Shown: positions 52,388 through 62,345 of the stretch, in pieces | Numbering within the stretch: the first letter of the stretch is position 1 | Layout of the letters: every line of letters starts with the position of its first letter | Source: an uncultured Candidatus Saccharibacteria bacterium | GTDB lineage: Bacteria; Patescibacteriota; Saccharimonadia; CAILAD01; GCA-016700035 | Assembly: GCA_964535385.1 (NCBI GenBank) | Contig: CAZHSY010000003.1 | Location: forward strand, 18,529-82,528 | DNA: 64,000 nucleotides | Direction: 5' to 3' | Position numbers and translations under genes: made by a program | The notes under the pieces: model-generated | What the model saw: only the letters and a program-made list of their open reading frames with translations | The model's database searches: none | Told to the model about the DNA's origin: nothing

Positions 52388-53122
52388 TTACTCAGCTGAA
52401 TAGGCCTGGAAGCGACTTTCGGGCTGATACTCGGCGTATTCATCGAAGGTCTGATCAACAATAACTGATAGATCACTCACGGCTTGATTCAGGTCATCGT
52501 TCAAGATACAGGTCGGCCAGACCTGCAGGATCTCGGGGATCTCCCAAGTGGCACGAGCCAGCTTTTGGGCGATAACAGCTGGATCGTCCCCGCGGCCGAG
52601 CAAACGTTCCTCCAGTGAAGTCAGCATGAGACCATTAGCCAAGGTCAGATCATCAAGCGATGGTAGTTGAGTATCTACCCGACGACCATACGTACGTACA
52701 CGCCTGAGCGCTCGGCCGATCGGTGCCTTGCCACTCGATGGCAGAATACCCACCAAAATCACCCTGGGGAAACCCTGCACGAGTTCTGACTTGGCGTAGA
52801 GCTGTTGAGCTCCGTTTACATCAAGATCTCGAATCTCAACGCCCGGCTGGCCTCTATCGACATATGAGCCATACAGGGCACCAGTGGCATTGGGTGAATG
52901 CTCGACGATCAGACCAGCCGCTCGCTGCTCCATGAACTCTGCAGTTTCCAAGTAAATGTACTTGGGTTCACCGGTTGGCGTGTTGCAGTCATCGGGTCGC
53001 GGCGAACGCGTGGTAGCCTTACGACCAAGCTGTAGTTTTGGGTATTCTTCCAAAATCCGGTTGATCAACGTGTCCTTCCCCACGCCCTCCGGTCCGGAAA
53101 TAGCGATAATATGTGAAGGCAT
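52388..53122 (-). CDS. gmk: Guanylate kinase-like P-loop kinase with a C-terminal extension (244 aa)
   Basis: Walker A GPEGVGKDTL at the N-terminus and a Gmk-like core. The extra C-terminal region of about 60 aa is unassigned. Confidence 0.65.
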   Translation of the reverse strand: MPSHIIAISGPEGVGKDTLINRILEEYPKLQLGRKATTRSPRPDDCNTPTGEPKYIYLETAEFMEQRAAGLIVEHSPNATGALYGSYVDRGQPGVEIRDLDVNGAQQLYAKSELVQGFPRVILVGILPSSGKAPIGRALRRVRTYGRRVDTQLPSLDDLTLANGLMLTSLEERLLGRGDDPAVIAQKLARATWEIPEILQVWPTCILNDDLNQAVSDLSVIVDQTFDEYAEYQPESRFQAYSAE

Positions 53123-53160
53123 GAGCCCTCCCTCTCGAGTTCGTAGGTGCGTTGGAGAGA

Positions 53161-53190
53161 ATTATATAAACAAAATCATTTTCAAATCAA
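53161..53190 (-). promoter_or_regulatory. Candidate promoter TTGATT-N18-TATAAT in the minus sense, upstream of the gmk-like gene
   Basis: Perfect -10 hexamer. Confidence 0.4.
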
Positions 53191-53370
53191 ATTTCACTCA
53201 ACTAATTACCCAGCCATTCTCACTTAGTAGCTGGTTAGGTTTCTCGTGAGTCATAGTTGATATTTCTGGTAGGAACGCGAGTAGGCCGGCCATATAGTTA
53301 CGGTGTCTGATTACCGCTAGTCGCCAAGGTCAGCTGTGACCACTCTAAAATGAGCAACCATCACGTAAGC

Positions 53371-56300
53371 TCACTCTACTAAAACAGCATCTTCGTTCAC
53401 AACAACTGCTAACTGCTTAGTCAATTTCTGAGACACCGCCACCCTGAACGGCAAGCGAATTTTCTGACCAGTGCTCGAGAGTTGCAGGATAGTCTCAGTG
53501 TCGCCAGGAGCGGCTTGCAAGATGCCCTTGAGACGAATTAAGGATACCTGATCCTTCAGGTCTACCAGCGTCACGATCAAACGGTCAGCTGCCTGTACAG
53601 CGTCGGGTGCAATCTCAACTGTCTGACCTTCACCAGTCGCAATGTAGTGCTTGAGGACGTTCGGATCAAGCGGCTTAGCCTTATCAACCGCAATCTTCAC
53701 TTCTTCGACCAGATTATTGTCGCGATCCCGGGCATTCACCTTGCCATGTACGGCCACCAACCTATCCTCTACCCACAGATCTGGCGTAGCCTCATAGGCC
53801 TTCGGGAAGACAAGTAACTCGATATCCCCTCGGACTGTCTCCAGCCCAACAAAAGCCATGGAGTCGCCTTTTTTTGTCAGGATTTTGCGCACTGTCGTAA
53901 TCACACCGCCCACAGTCACCTTCTGACCATCCATACCAGACTTAATATCATCAGCTGGCATAGTTTTTTCACTCAACCAGGCCTGGATATCACGTAAAGG
54001 ATGGCTGGTGAGATACATGCCAAGCAGCTCCTTCTCCCATAATGCGAGCTCTTTGTCCTCTAATGGTGTAGTCGGTGGTTCGAGTGGTAAGGGTGGCATC
54101 TCCTCGGCGATCCCCATACTACCGAAGATATCAATCTGACCAGACAGGGCGTTCTTCTGAGCCTTCGACATATAGGCCACAATGCGCTCTAGATTATTAA
54201 GTAGCGTGCCGCGATCGCCAACTGCATCGAAAGCTCCGACCTTGGTCAAAGCTTCGAGCGTCTTGCGGTTGAGCTCGCGGGCATCAACTCGCAAGACGAA
54301 GTCCTCGATTGTCTTAAACGGCCCGTCTTCTCGAGCGCTCAAGATGGCGTTAATTGGACCAAGCCCAACATTCTTCACTGCCGCCAGACCAAAGCGAATC
54401 TGATCCTTGCCGGCTTCATCTTTGACAACAGCAAATTCCGAGTACGACTCGTTAATATCAGGTGGGAGGATGGCGATATCCATCTTGCGACACTCCGCAA
54501 TCTCAATCGCCACCCGATCAAGGTTGCCATGATCACTGGTGAGGAGCGCGGCCATGAAGGCGGCTGGATAATGTGCCTTAAGATAAGCTGTTTGCACGGC
54601 AATCAGGGCGTAACAAGCGGCGTGGGATTTATTAAAACAATACGCTGCAAAATCTTCGATCGACGACCACAAGCTCTCGACCCATGCTCGGTCGGCATCG
54701 GAGTGCTTAATAGCCCCTTCGATGAAATCAGCCTTCATCTTAGCAATCACTTCTGGAATCTTCTTACCAATACCCTTACGCAAGGTGTCAGCCTGACCGC
54801 CAGTGAAACCACACAGGTCTTTTGAGATCTGCATGACTTGCTCCTGGTAGACGATAATGCCGTAGGTTTCAGCCAAGGCGTCTTTCATCTTCTCATGCTC
54901 GTAGGTAATACGGTCAGGGTTATGTTTACGCTTAATGAAGTCATCGATCCACTGCATCGGTCCCGGGCGATAGAGTGCTACCATGGCGATAATATCCTCG
55001 AAGCGATCGGGCTTGAGATCGCGGATGTAGCGCTTCATGCCGGCTGATTCAAGCTGGAAGACGCCCGTCGTTTCGGCTCGCGCAAGCAGCTCATAGGTAG
55101 CTTTGTCGTCGATCGGAATCTCCGATACATCGATATCTCGTCCGTAGACACGTTTAATAATTCGCAAGGCATTTTTAATGACCGTGAGGTTAGACAGACC
55201 CAAAAAGTCGAATTTCAGAAGTCCTAGATCTTCAACGGTTGTCCCGACGAACTGAGTCGAAACACCACCCTTCGAAGCTCGTGTCAGCGGCAGATATTCC
55301 ACTAGAGGATCTGGTGCAATCACTACGCCAGCCGCGTGAGTGCCAGCGTTTCCGATAGTACCTTCAAGCTGAACTGCGATATCGATGAGGCGCTTAGCGC
55401 GCGGATTGCTCTCATATTCATGCTTGAGCTCAGGCACTTCCTTGATCGATTTCTCGAGCGGGATATGCCGACCCTGAACTGGAGCTGGCACCATCTTGGC
55501 CAGGACATCGACCTCGCCGTAAGGCATGGCCAGCACTCGACCAGTGTTGCGCACGGCGTTACGGGCGGCCATGGTGCCGAAAGTGATGATTTGGGCCACA
55601 TGATCCTGGCCGTACTTCTCGGTAGCATACGCAATAACTTCATCGCGGCGGTCGTCGGCGTAATCCATATCAATATCAGGCATTGAAATGCGATCTGGGT
55701 TCAGGAAACGCTCGAAGAGCAAGTCGTACTTGAGAGGATCAAGATCAGTAATATTTGTGACAAATGCCACGATCGAACCAGCTGCCGAACCGCGACCAGG
55801 CCCGCAGATAATACCTTGATTCTTCGACCAGTTAATGAGATCGGCCACGATCAAGAAATAACCGTCATAGCCCATGCGCGCGATGACCTCGAGCTCGTAC
55901 TCGATGCGCTCTAAGACATTGGTCGGGAGTTTTGCCTTGGCTTTTGCCTCATCGTAGTGAGAGATGTCCTCCTTCGGGATATCTCCATAGCGCCACATCG
56001 CCCCTTGATACACCAGGCGCCGCAAGTAATCACGCTCATTGTCTCCTTCTGGAACTTCGAAGGTCGGAATGAGAATCTTGCCAAGCTCGATTTCTAGGTT
56101 ACAGCGCTCGGCAATTTTCACCGTATTCGCCAAGGCCTCGGGGTCATTTGGAAAGCGCTCGGCAATAGTAGAACCGTCGTGAATCGACAGATCCTGGTCG
56201 AGCTTGAAGCGCTTAGGATCTTCGATGGTCGAGCCCGTCTGCACGCACAGCAAAATATCATGGGCATAGTGCTGGGACTCCTTTGAGTAGTGAGCATCAC

Positions 56301-56967
56301 CGGTCACAACCAAACCAAGGTCGAGTTCTTTGGATAGCTGACGCAGGCCGGCATTGACCTTGTCTTGTGGCTCCCAACCGATATGCGGCTGCATTTCGAG
56401 GAAGTAATTATCCTTGCCGAAGACTGAACTATACCACTCGGCCGTTTCCTTAGCTGAGGCGTAGTTGTCAGCCAAGATACTTGAGCCAACCTCGCCACCG
56501 ATACAGCCCGTCAGAGCAATCAAGCCCTCATGGTATTTCTCGAGCAACTCACGATCTACCCGCGGCTTGTAGTAGAAACCTTCAAGGCAAGCAATGGTCG
56601 AGAGTTTGATTAAATTTTTATAGCCAGTTTCGTTCTGAGCTAAGAGCGTCAAGTGATACGGCGTGCGGTCTTCGCGCGTTGACTTATCGGTGTGTTTGCG
56701 GGCGGCTACATAGGCCTCCATGCCAATAATGGGCTTAATACCCCGCTTCTGGCATTCCTTGTAGAACTCAATCACTCCCGATAGAGTGCCGTGGTCAGTG
56801 ATAGCCACCGCAGTTTGGCCGAGCTTTTGCACCCAATCAAGCATCTGCGGAACCTTCTGAAGACCATCAAGCAGTGAATAGTGGGTGTGATTATGGAGGT
56901 GCACAAAATCAACAGTCGGTGCTGCCGTTTTAGACTCCTTGACTACCATATCGCCCTCCTTCGCCAT
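53371..56967 (-). CDS. dnaE: DNA polymerase III alpha subunit
   Basis: 1198-aa ORF with an N-terminal PHP domain (HLHNHTHYSLLDG), a polymerase core and an OB fold. Confidence 0.97.
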   Translation of the reverse strand: MAKEGDMVVKESKTAAPTVDFVHLHNHTHYSLLDGLQKVPQMLDWVQKLGQTAVAITDHGTLSGVIEFYKECQKRGIKPIIGMEAYVAARKHTDKSTREDRTPYHLTLLAQNETGYKNLIKLSTIACLEGFYYKPRVDRELLEKYHEGLIALTGCIGGEVGSSILADNYASAKETAEWYSSVFGKDNYFLEMQPHIGWEPQDKVNAGLRQLSKELDLGLVVTGDAHYSKESQHYAHDILLCVQTGSTIEDPKRFKLDQDLSIHDGSTIAERFPNDPEALANTVKIAERCNLEIELGKILIPTFEVPEGDNERDYLRRLVYQGAMWRYGDIPKEDISHYDEAKAKAKLPTNVLERIEYELEVIARMGYDGYFLIVADLINWSKNQGIICGPGRGSAAGSIVAFVTNITDLDPLKYDLLFERFLNPDRISMPDIDMDYADDRRDEVIAYATEKYGQDHVAQIITFGTMAARNAVRNTGRVLAMPYGEVDVLAKMVPAPVQGRHIPLEKSIKEVPELKHEYESNPRAKRLIDIAVQLEGTIGNAGTHAAGVVIAPDPLVEYLPLTRASKGGVSTQFVGTTVEDLGLLKFDFLGLSNLTVIKNALRIIKRVYGRDIDVSEIPIDDKATYELLARAETTGVFQLESAGMKRYIRDLKPDRFEDIIAMVALYRPGPMQWIDDFIKRKHNPDRITYEHEKMKDALAETYGIIVYQEQVMQISKDLCGFTGGQADTLRKGIGKKIPEVIAKMKADFIEGAIKHSDADRAWVESLWSSIEDFAAYCFNKSHAACYALIAVQTAYLKAHYPAAFMAALLTSDHGNLDRVAIEIAECRKMDIAILPPDINESYSEFAVVKDEAGKDQIRFGLAAVKNVGLGPINAILSAREDGPFKTIEDFVLRVDARELNRKTLEALTKVGAFDAVGDRGTLLNNLERIVAYMSKAQKNALSGQIDIFGSMGIAEEMPPLPLEPPTTPLEDKELALWEKELLGMYLTSHPLRDIQAWLSEKTMPADDIKSGMDGQKVTVGGVITTVRKILTKKGDSMAFVGLETVRGDIELLVFPKAYEATPDLWVEDRLVAVHGKVNARDRDNNLVEEVKIAVDKAKPLDPNVLKHYIATGEGQTVEIAPDAVQAADRLIVTLVDLKDQVSLIRLKGILQAAPGDTETILQLSSTGQKIRLPFRVAVSQKLTKQLAVVVNEDAVLVE

Positions 56968-57007
56968 TACTTACTATTGTACGCGTTATCCCCAAGCATT
57001 TTAAGGC

Positions 57008-57037
57008 TTGTCAAAGGAAGTTTAGAGCGCGTATAGT
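57008..57037 (+). promoter_or_regulatory. Candidate promoter TTGTCA-N18-TATAGT driving the plus-strand island
   Basis: Good -35 and -10 match. Divergent from dnaE. Confidence 0.5.
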
Positions 57038-57077
57038 GCAAAATACCACTCGCACCTATCAGGAAGAGGTACCCGCC

Positions 57078-57449
57078 ATGTCTCATAAGGTGACAGAAAT
57101 TCCTAAGCACACGGTTGTCGAGTACTGCTTCGCTACCCCGGATCGTCGAATCTTGATGATTCCTATCGTCGCCGGAGCCATGGCCATAACTGGCTGCGGC
57201 TTTTTCATAGGCGTCTTTGGGGCTGAGGGTTCGCAGCTCGGTTGGCTGACGACCTTCCTGGCGAGCTGCTTGTCGGCTTGCAGTCTTTATCTCTTGCTGA
57301 CCTGGGATACAATCATGCAGGGGCGTCGTAGCGGTGACCGTAAATCAAGCCCCCTGCTCCGACCCTTGCTGGCGACATACCTGTACTTCTCCATCCTCAC
57401 GGCGGGCCTCAGCCTCTACTGGCTGGCTGAACTCACGCCTGCGCAATAA
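57078..57449 (+). CDS. Hypothetical membrane protein (123 aa)
   Basis: Start at MSHKVTEIP with ribosome-binding site GGAAGAGG. Two to three hydrophobic helices. High GC. Confidence 0.55.
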   Translation: MSHKVTEIPKHTVVEYCFATPDRRILMIPIVAGAMAITGCGFFIGVFGAEGSQLGWLTTFLASCLSACSLYLLLTWDTIMQGRRSGDRKSSPLLRPLLATYLYFSILTAGLSLYWLAELTPAQ

Positions 57450-57550
57450 TCCCTATTACTTGCTGTCCCTGATTCGTCAGGGACATTTACATAAGTAAAT
57501 TGATATTATATAATAATTACTTCGCACCTAGACGTAAGGAGAAGTCTATC

Positions 57551-58195
57551 ATGACACCGACAGTTTTGCCGCCCCGACTTGATCGATCAACTGCCCTAGC
57601 TGGCTTCGAAGCCACTCGGCGTTGGCTGAACGCTCGTGGGCTCAACTGGCTGGCTCACTCAATCGCGGTCTTTATCGACACAAGTGAGAACATCGTGTTC
57701 GAGCACAGAGGCACCAAGGCTTCGGACCGCATCGACGACGTTCGGACCGATGCACAGCTGGTGCTCGCCAATAGAGCGATGAATGTTCCGATCGTTCGTC
57801 CGGTCACCGACTTGAACGGCCGCTTCATTGGCATGGTCGCCTGCTCGCTGGCTTCGAACAACCAGACCCAGCCGCTGGCGTCACTGCTAGCTGAATTCAC
57901 GCGAGACCCCAATGAGAACTCCCCATTCATGGATCTCCTCATCGAGGAGGTTTTCCTGGAGAACGACTGGGATCTACCGAGTGATTGGCCCCACCGTCCA
58001 CTGCCAGCAACCGACACTGCCTCTTCCCAAGCTGGCTTGCAAGCCCTGATCACAGGTGCAGCCCAAGCTGGGCTACTACACTCTCAGAGCTATGGCGTGC
58101 CTCCCCTGGAAACCGCACCAGCCACACCAGGGCAAGCTGGTCTCCCTTCTGAGATCGTAGATATTCCCGGCTTCGGCGGCGGAATCCTCTCATAG
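57551..58195 (+). CDS. Hypothetical protein (214 aa) with a Pro/Gly-rich C-terminal tail; N-terminal part possibly GAF-like
   Basis: Start at MTPTVLPP with ribosome-binding site TAAGGAG. High GC, about 58% by eye. Confidence 0.5.
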   Translation: MTPTVLPPRLDRSTALAGFEATRRWLNARGLNWLAHSIAVFIDTSENIVFEHRGTKASDRIDDVRTDAQLVLANRAMNVPIVRPVTDLNGRFIGMVACSLASNNQTQPLASLLAEFTRDPNENSPFMDLLIEEVFLENDWDLPSDWPHRPLPATDTASSQAGLQALITGAAQAGLLHSQSYGVPPLETAPATPGQAGLPSEIVDIPGFGGGILS

Positions 58196-58347
58196 ATCTT
58201 ATTGATTAGATGGAGCGACAAGAGCTCCATTCAAGTGGGTACCCCTGTGGTACCCACTTTTTCATAAGTGACCACTCCATCTACTCGTAATCGACCTATC
58301 GATCCGATACCATGACCTGCTAGCAGTCTCACCTTACGGAAGGAAGC

Positions 58348-58816
58348 ATGAATGACTCAGGAGTATTCCCGCTATTCGACACCACCCCACCATTACCTAC
58401 CGATCAGCACTGGCTGGCTTGCGTCAGCTGGAGACCTGCCTCGGCATACTTGGGCTTGACTGGCTCGATCGCGCCTACATTGCCTGGGTGGATGATTCAA
58501 TCCAACTGGTTTTGGCAATTTCTGGACAACGCACCTTCGAACTCGGTAACGCTCTAGCTAGTCAATTAGCTCGGGACACATGCGGCAAGTCGAGCCAGCG
58601 CCTGGTGTCGAGTACCTACTCGATAATAATGGCGCTATAGTTGGTACTGTTTGCGTGCTGTGTCACGACTCGGCCATTGAGAGAGCCCTATCCATCCTCG
58701 CGACAGAGTGTACAATCAATCCGCATCATTCAATCGAGATGATCCCCAACGACACCCGTCAAGCCTTAGCTGAACGCTTGACTGAACTACCCGACGGCTG
58801 GCGATTCAAGCACTAG
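58348..58816 (+). pseudogene. Probable frameshifted gene: three overlapping ORFs in three frames (58348..58557, 58419..58640, 58580..58816)
   Basis: A strong ribosome-binding site (GGAAGGAAG) precedes only the first ATG. Successive ORFs overlap end-to-start in different frames, consistent with two frameshifts in a single ancestral ORF of about 155 aa. Confidence 0.45.
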
Positions 58817-58858
58817 AATAGACATTTTAGTCTACAGGAGATCGATTCAGATTCGTTA

Positions 58859-58889
58859 CCACCCCTTGGTTGAGAGGGGTGGTTTTTTA
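58859..58889 (+). terminator. Intrinsic terminator (CCACCCCT-N8-AGGGGTGG followed by T6) ending the plus-strand island
   Basis: Perfect 8-bp GC-rich stem plus a T-run. Confidence 0.7.
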
Positions 58890-59195
58890 TGGCTGTGGTT
58901 GCACGGTTGGCTTTGGCACGTTGTCATTTAGATCGTTCACGAAATTACCCACCCAGGGTACGCCGCCAAAAATAACTACGAGGTAGCCGATCAACACGAC
59001 AGCCAAGGCCACGCCGACCACACCACCAATTCCCCGATACACCCCAGCCCTAAAATTAAGCCAAGCAAATTTTCGTCTATTTTCAAGCAGCTCAATAAAT
59101 TCAGCTGACGCAAATATATTAGCTACTCTTGTAGCTTCTGAAAGGTCAGTTGCTGAGGATGCTTTCTTCGAGGATGGTTTCGAGCGCGTAGCCAT
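58887..59195 (-). CDS. Hypothetical membrane protein (102 aa)
   Basis: One or two transmembrane helices (GIGGVVGVALAVVLIGYLVVIFGG). Confidence 0.5.
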   Translation of the reverse strand: MATRSKPSSKKASSATDLSEATRVANIFASAEFIELLENRRKFAWLNFRAGVYRGIGGVVGVALAVVLIGYLVVIFGGVPWVGNFVNDLNDNVPKPTVQPQP

Positions 59196-59216
59196 TGTGG
59201 TCTAGTGAGGAAATAA

Positions 59217-59801
59217 CTATCGTTTCTTAGTTGTAGCCTTCTTGGCCGTTGCAGTTGTCTTCTTAGCGGCCTTCGCGGCAGTATTCTTGGCTGTATTGGC
59301 GGCTTTCCTGACGGCTTGAGTAGCTTTCTTGGTAGTCACTTCAGCTTCTTCGGCTACAGAATCAGTCGACTTCTTAACTGCTGTGGCGGCTTTCTTAACT
59401 TCACGACTCGTACTCGTGCCGAGCTGCTTGGCTAAGACGTCGAGCTCTTCAATCAGGCCACGGCCTTCTTCCACCAGGCGTCCAGCCTCGCCTACCACGT
59501 CTTCTTGAGAATCTTGAGCAACACTGCTCATTTTGAGAGCCGTCGCATTCAGCTGCTCTTTCATACGCTCAGCCCGCTTAATTAAGGCCTTGGTTTCTTT
59601 AACTGAGTCGTCTTTGACACGTACACTAGAGACTTTAATCTGATCAAGTGTGGTGCCGAGACGATCTTTGACTTCATCAAAATTCTTCTGCAGGTCATCA
59701 CGAGTTTCTTTGCCGCTCTTCGGAGCAAATAGTAATGCTGCCAGGCCAGCCGCAGCCGCACCGATGATTGTTCCCTTGATAAATCCGCCTTTTTTGCTCA
59801 T
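59217..59801 (-). CDS. YtxH-like stress protein: N-terminal transmembrane or amphipathic segment plus Ala/Lys-rich coiled-coil repeats
   Basis: GG-rich hydrophobic N-terminus followed by a long helical region with repetitive KKAAT(A)V tracts. The ORF-track start is 59831. Confidence 0.55.
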   Translation of the reverse strand: MSKKGGFIKGTIIGAAAAGLAALLFAPKSGKETRDDLQKNFDEVKDRLGTTLDQIKVSSVRVKDDSVKETKALIKRAERMKEQLNATALKMSSVAQDSQEDVVGEAGRLVEEGRGLIEELDVLAKQLGTSTSREVKKAATAVKKSTDSVAEEAEVTTKKATQAVRKAANTAKNTAAKAAKKTTATAKKATTKKR

Positions 59802-59805
59802 GACA

Positions 59806-60072
59806 CTACCTCCGTTTACGCCCCCGACCACCGGCTGTTGCCTTCAAGATCTGAGCGAAAATAGCACTCATGGTCATGGGGTTAATGATCTTTTCTTTGA
59901 CTTCGTGAATAATATCGGCCGCCGTCTTGGTGCCATCCTGAGCAATCTCGGCTATACGCTGAATCGTCTGGATAAGCTTGCGAGCCGCGAAGAACACCAC
60001 GATCATGATCGTGATAAGTATCAGTACAGCTACTGATAGGACGAGTAGCAAGAAAAATAATACGGTATCCAT
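59806..60072 (-). CDS. DUF948-like small membrane protein (88 aa)
   Basis: Single N-terminal transmembrane helix, then a helical region. Adjacent to the YtxH-like gene, as in Firmicutes. Confidence 0.5.
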   Translation of the reverse strand: MDTVLFFLLLVLSVAVLILITIMIVVFFAARKLIQTIQRIAEIAQDGTKTAADIIHEVKEKIINPMTMSAIFAQILKATAGGRGRKRR

Positions 60073-60075
60073 GAA

Positions 60076-60741
60076 TTACTTATTCCCCTTAGTCATTACT
60101 GTGGGTATTGTAACAGCTTTCGAGCTACGGGTGCGAATCACCGCCCGTTGTCTGACTCGACGTTCTCGATCTTGCCCAGCACGCTCGACTAGTTCAAATG
60201 CATTTTTATCAATCAAGCTGTTTGGCACCACAAAAATCGTGCCATTTTTATCCTTGAGACGGCTTTTGCGCATATCCATATCAATAATAATGCCCTCTGT
60301 CTTTTGATCATTTGGCCCGACCTTAACCCGATCACCAATCCGGAAATGCCGATCTCGGGCTAAATTAAAACCCGAAATCATATCGCTGACCGTACCAGCC
60401 AAAGCCTGTGACAAACCGAGGGCAAAGACTGCAAAGCCACCCGACAAGGCCAGAGCTACGTTACTTAAGCCCAAACTCTGCAGAATAGCAATACTCAGCA
60501 GGAAGTATAGTCCCGCATCAAGCAGTCGAATGGCCACCTTGATCAAGCCCTTAGGCAATCGTGTAAGACCCAGCAAACGAACTAATATGACCGAAGCCAC
60601 GCGAACCACAAAAAAGCCTATGACGATATAAAAAATAGCGTTCACAAGCATTGGCCAGCCACCGGTAAAGAGTCCCGTAAGTTCACTCACAACCGCCTGT
60701 GGGGCTGGTGAGGCGACGGGAATAATTGCTAAAACACTCAT
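60076..60741 (-). CDS. Small-conductance mechanosensitive channel (MscS family), 221 aa
   Basis: Three transmembrane helices followed by the MscS β-domain (…FRIGDRVKVGPNDQKTEGIIIDMDMRKSRLKDKNGTIFVVPNSL…). Confidence 0.8.
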   Translation of the reverse strand: MSVLAIIPVASPAPQAVVSELTGLFTGGWPMLVNAIFYIVIGFFVVRVASVILVRLLGLTRLPKGLIKVAIRLLDAGLYFLLSIAILQSLGLSNVALALSGGFAVFALGLSQALAGTVSDMISGFNLARDRHFRIGDRVKVGPNDQKTEGIIIDMDMRKSRLKDKNGTIFVVPNSLIDKNAFELVERAGQDRERRVRQRAVIRTRSSKAVTIPTVMTKGNK

Positions 60742-60911
60742 GCTTAATAGGTATTATAGATTAGAATCTAGGAACTAGAAACTAGGTGTTCAGAATGACT
60801 CACCCGGACAGAGCCTGCTCTACTCATCTCCCACCGTCCCACCGGGTTTCACGATCGGTGCAGAGTTCTTATTTTATGACGTGGTAGTCCTTCAAGCCTA
60901 TAATCTGGCGC

Positions 60912-62345
60912 TTACAGGTTATTCTTAATAATGTCGTTAACGAGCTGGGGATTAGCTTGGCCGCGTGTTTCTTTCATTACTTGACCAACGAAGAAGCCGA
61001 GTGCTTTGGCATTACCTGCCCGGAAATCTTCCACCGCCTGCGGGTTGGCAGTAATGACTTTCTGTACAATGTCAGCTAATTCGGCTTCGTTAGAGTTCTG
61101 TTTCAGACCCAGCTCTTCAATGAGTACTACGGGGGTCTTACCCGTCTCATACATAGCCGCAAAAACTTGCTTGGCCATCTTACTTGAAAGCTCGCCAGCT
61201 AATTCGCGCTCGACTAGGTCACGCAGATCATTACCGGTGAATCGAACTTCAGCGACTTCTGCTTCACTGGTAGCCGCTCGATAGTCACCAATCAACCATC
61301 CAAGTACCTTGCGCACACCGTTATCGGACAAGCCGACTCGAGCCTCAGAAAAGAGTTTTAGGGCGACAGGATCTTCGATCAAGATGTCTTGCTCATCTAC
61401 CTTAAGTCCCAATTCGACCAGCTCGTGGCGGATAGCTAGAGGCAGGGGCTGAGCATCGAGAGAGACCTGCTGAGCCACCTTCATAGCTTCAGTGATAACC
61501 AGTGGCGGAATATCCGGCTCTGGGAAATAGCGATAATCATGAGCCTCTTCTTTGCTGCGCTGTGAGAATGTCTTACCCTTGCCGTCATCCCAGCCGCGAG
61601 TTTCCTGGTCGATTACGCCGCCATTTTCGAGGACCTCAATCTGTCGAGCAATCTCATAGGTTAGAGCCCGCTCGCCATTGCGAAATGAGTTAAGATTCTT
61701 AAGCTCAGTGCGGGTACCGAGGCGTGCTTGATCATCTGATACCGAGACATTGAGGTCAAACTTAAAATTGCCATGCTGAAGCTGGCCATGCGTCACACCA
61801 AGCGTGGTAGCAATCGCGTAAATCTCCTGCAGATACCGTCTAGCTTCTAGTGGCGTATGCATATCCGGCCGAGACACGATCTCAACCAAGGGCGTTCCAG
61901 CCCGATTGAGATCCACCAGCGAGTAGTCCTTGCCGGCTGGGTGCGACAACTTACCAGCATCCTCTTCCATGTGAGCCCGCTCGATACCAATGCGCTTAAA
62001 TTCGCCATCAACCAAAATCTCAATCCAGCCATCTTCGACGATCGGCTTATCAAACTGCGTAATCTGATAGCCCTTAGGATTATCTGGATAGAAGTAGTTC
62101 TTACGATCGAACTTGGTGTCATGTCGAATTGTCGCGTTCAAACCAAGGCCCAAGCGGATAGCCAACTCCACAGCGTGCTTATTTGGTAATGGTAGCGTCC
62201 CTGGATAACCAAAACAAACTGGACAGACGTGCGTATTTGGCTTGGCGTCTATCGAGTTATTATCGCAAGCACAAAACATCTTTGAGTTTGTTGCCAGCTG
62301 AACATGAATCTCGATGCCAATGGTAGGTGTGTATTTTGAGCTCAT
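60912..62345 (-). CDS. gatB: Asp/Glu-tRNA(Asn/Gln) amidotransferase subunit B
   Basis: 477-aa ORF with the GatB N-terminal domain (…IGIEIHVQL…) and a C-terminal YqeY-like domain. Confidence 0.95.
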   Translation of the reverse strand: MSSKYTPTIGIEIHVQLATNSKMFCACDNNSIDAKPNTHVCPVCFGYPGTLPLPNKHAVELAIRLGLGLNATIRHDTKFDRKNYFYPDNPKGYQITQFDKPIVEDGWIEILVDGEFKRIGIERAHMEEDAGKLSHPAGKDYSLVDLNRAGTPLVEIVSRPDMHTPLEARRYLQEIYAIATTLGVTHGQLQHGNFKFDLNVSVSDDQARLGTRTELKNLNSFRNGERALTYEIARQIEVLENGGVIDQETRGWDDGKGKTFSQRSKEEAHDYRYFPEPDIPPLVITEAMKVAQQVSLDAQPLPLAIRHELVELGLKVDEQDILIEDPVALKLFSEARVGLSDNGVRKVLGWLIGDYRAATSEAEVAEVRFTGNDLRDLVERELAGELSSKMAKQVFAAMYETGKTPVVLIEELGLKQNSNEAELADIVQKVITANPQAVEDFRAGNAKALGFFVGQVMKETRGQANPQLVNDIIKNNL

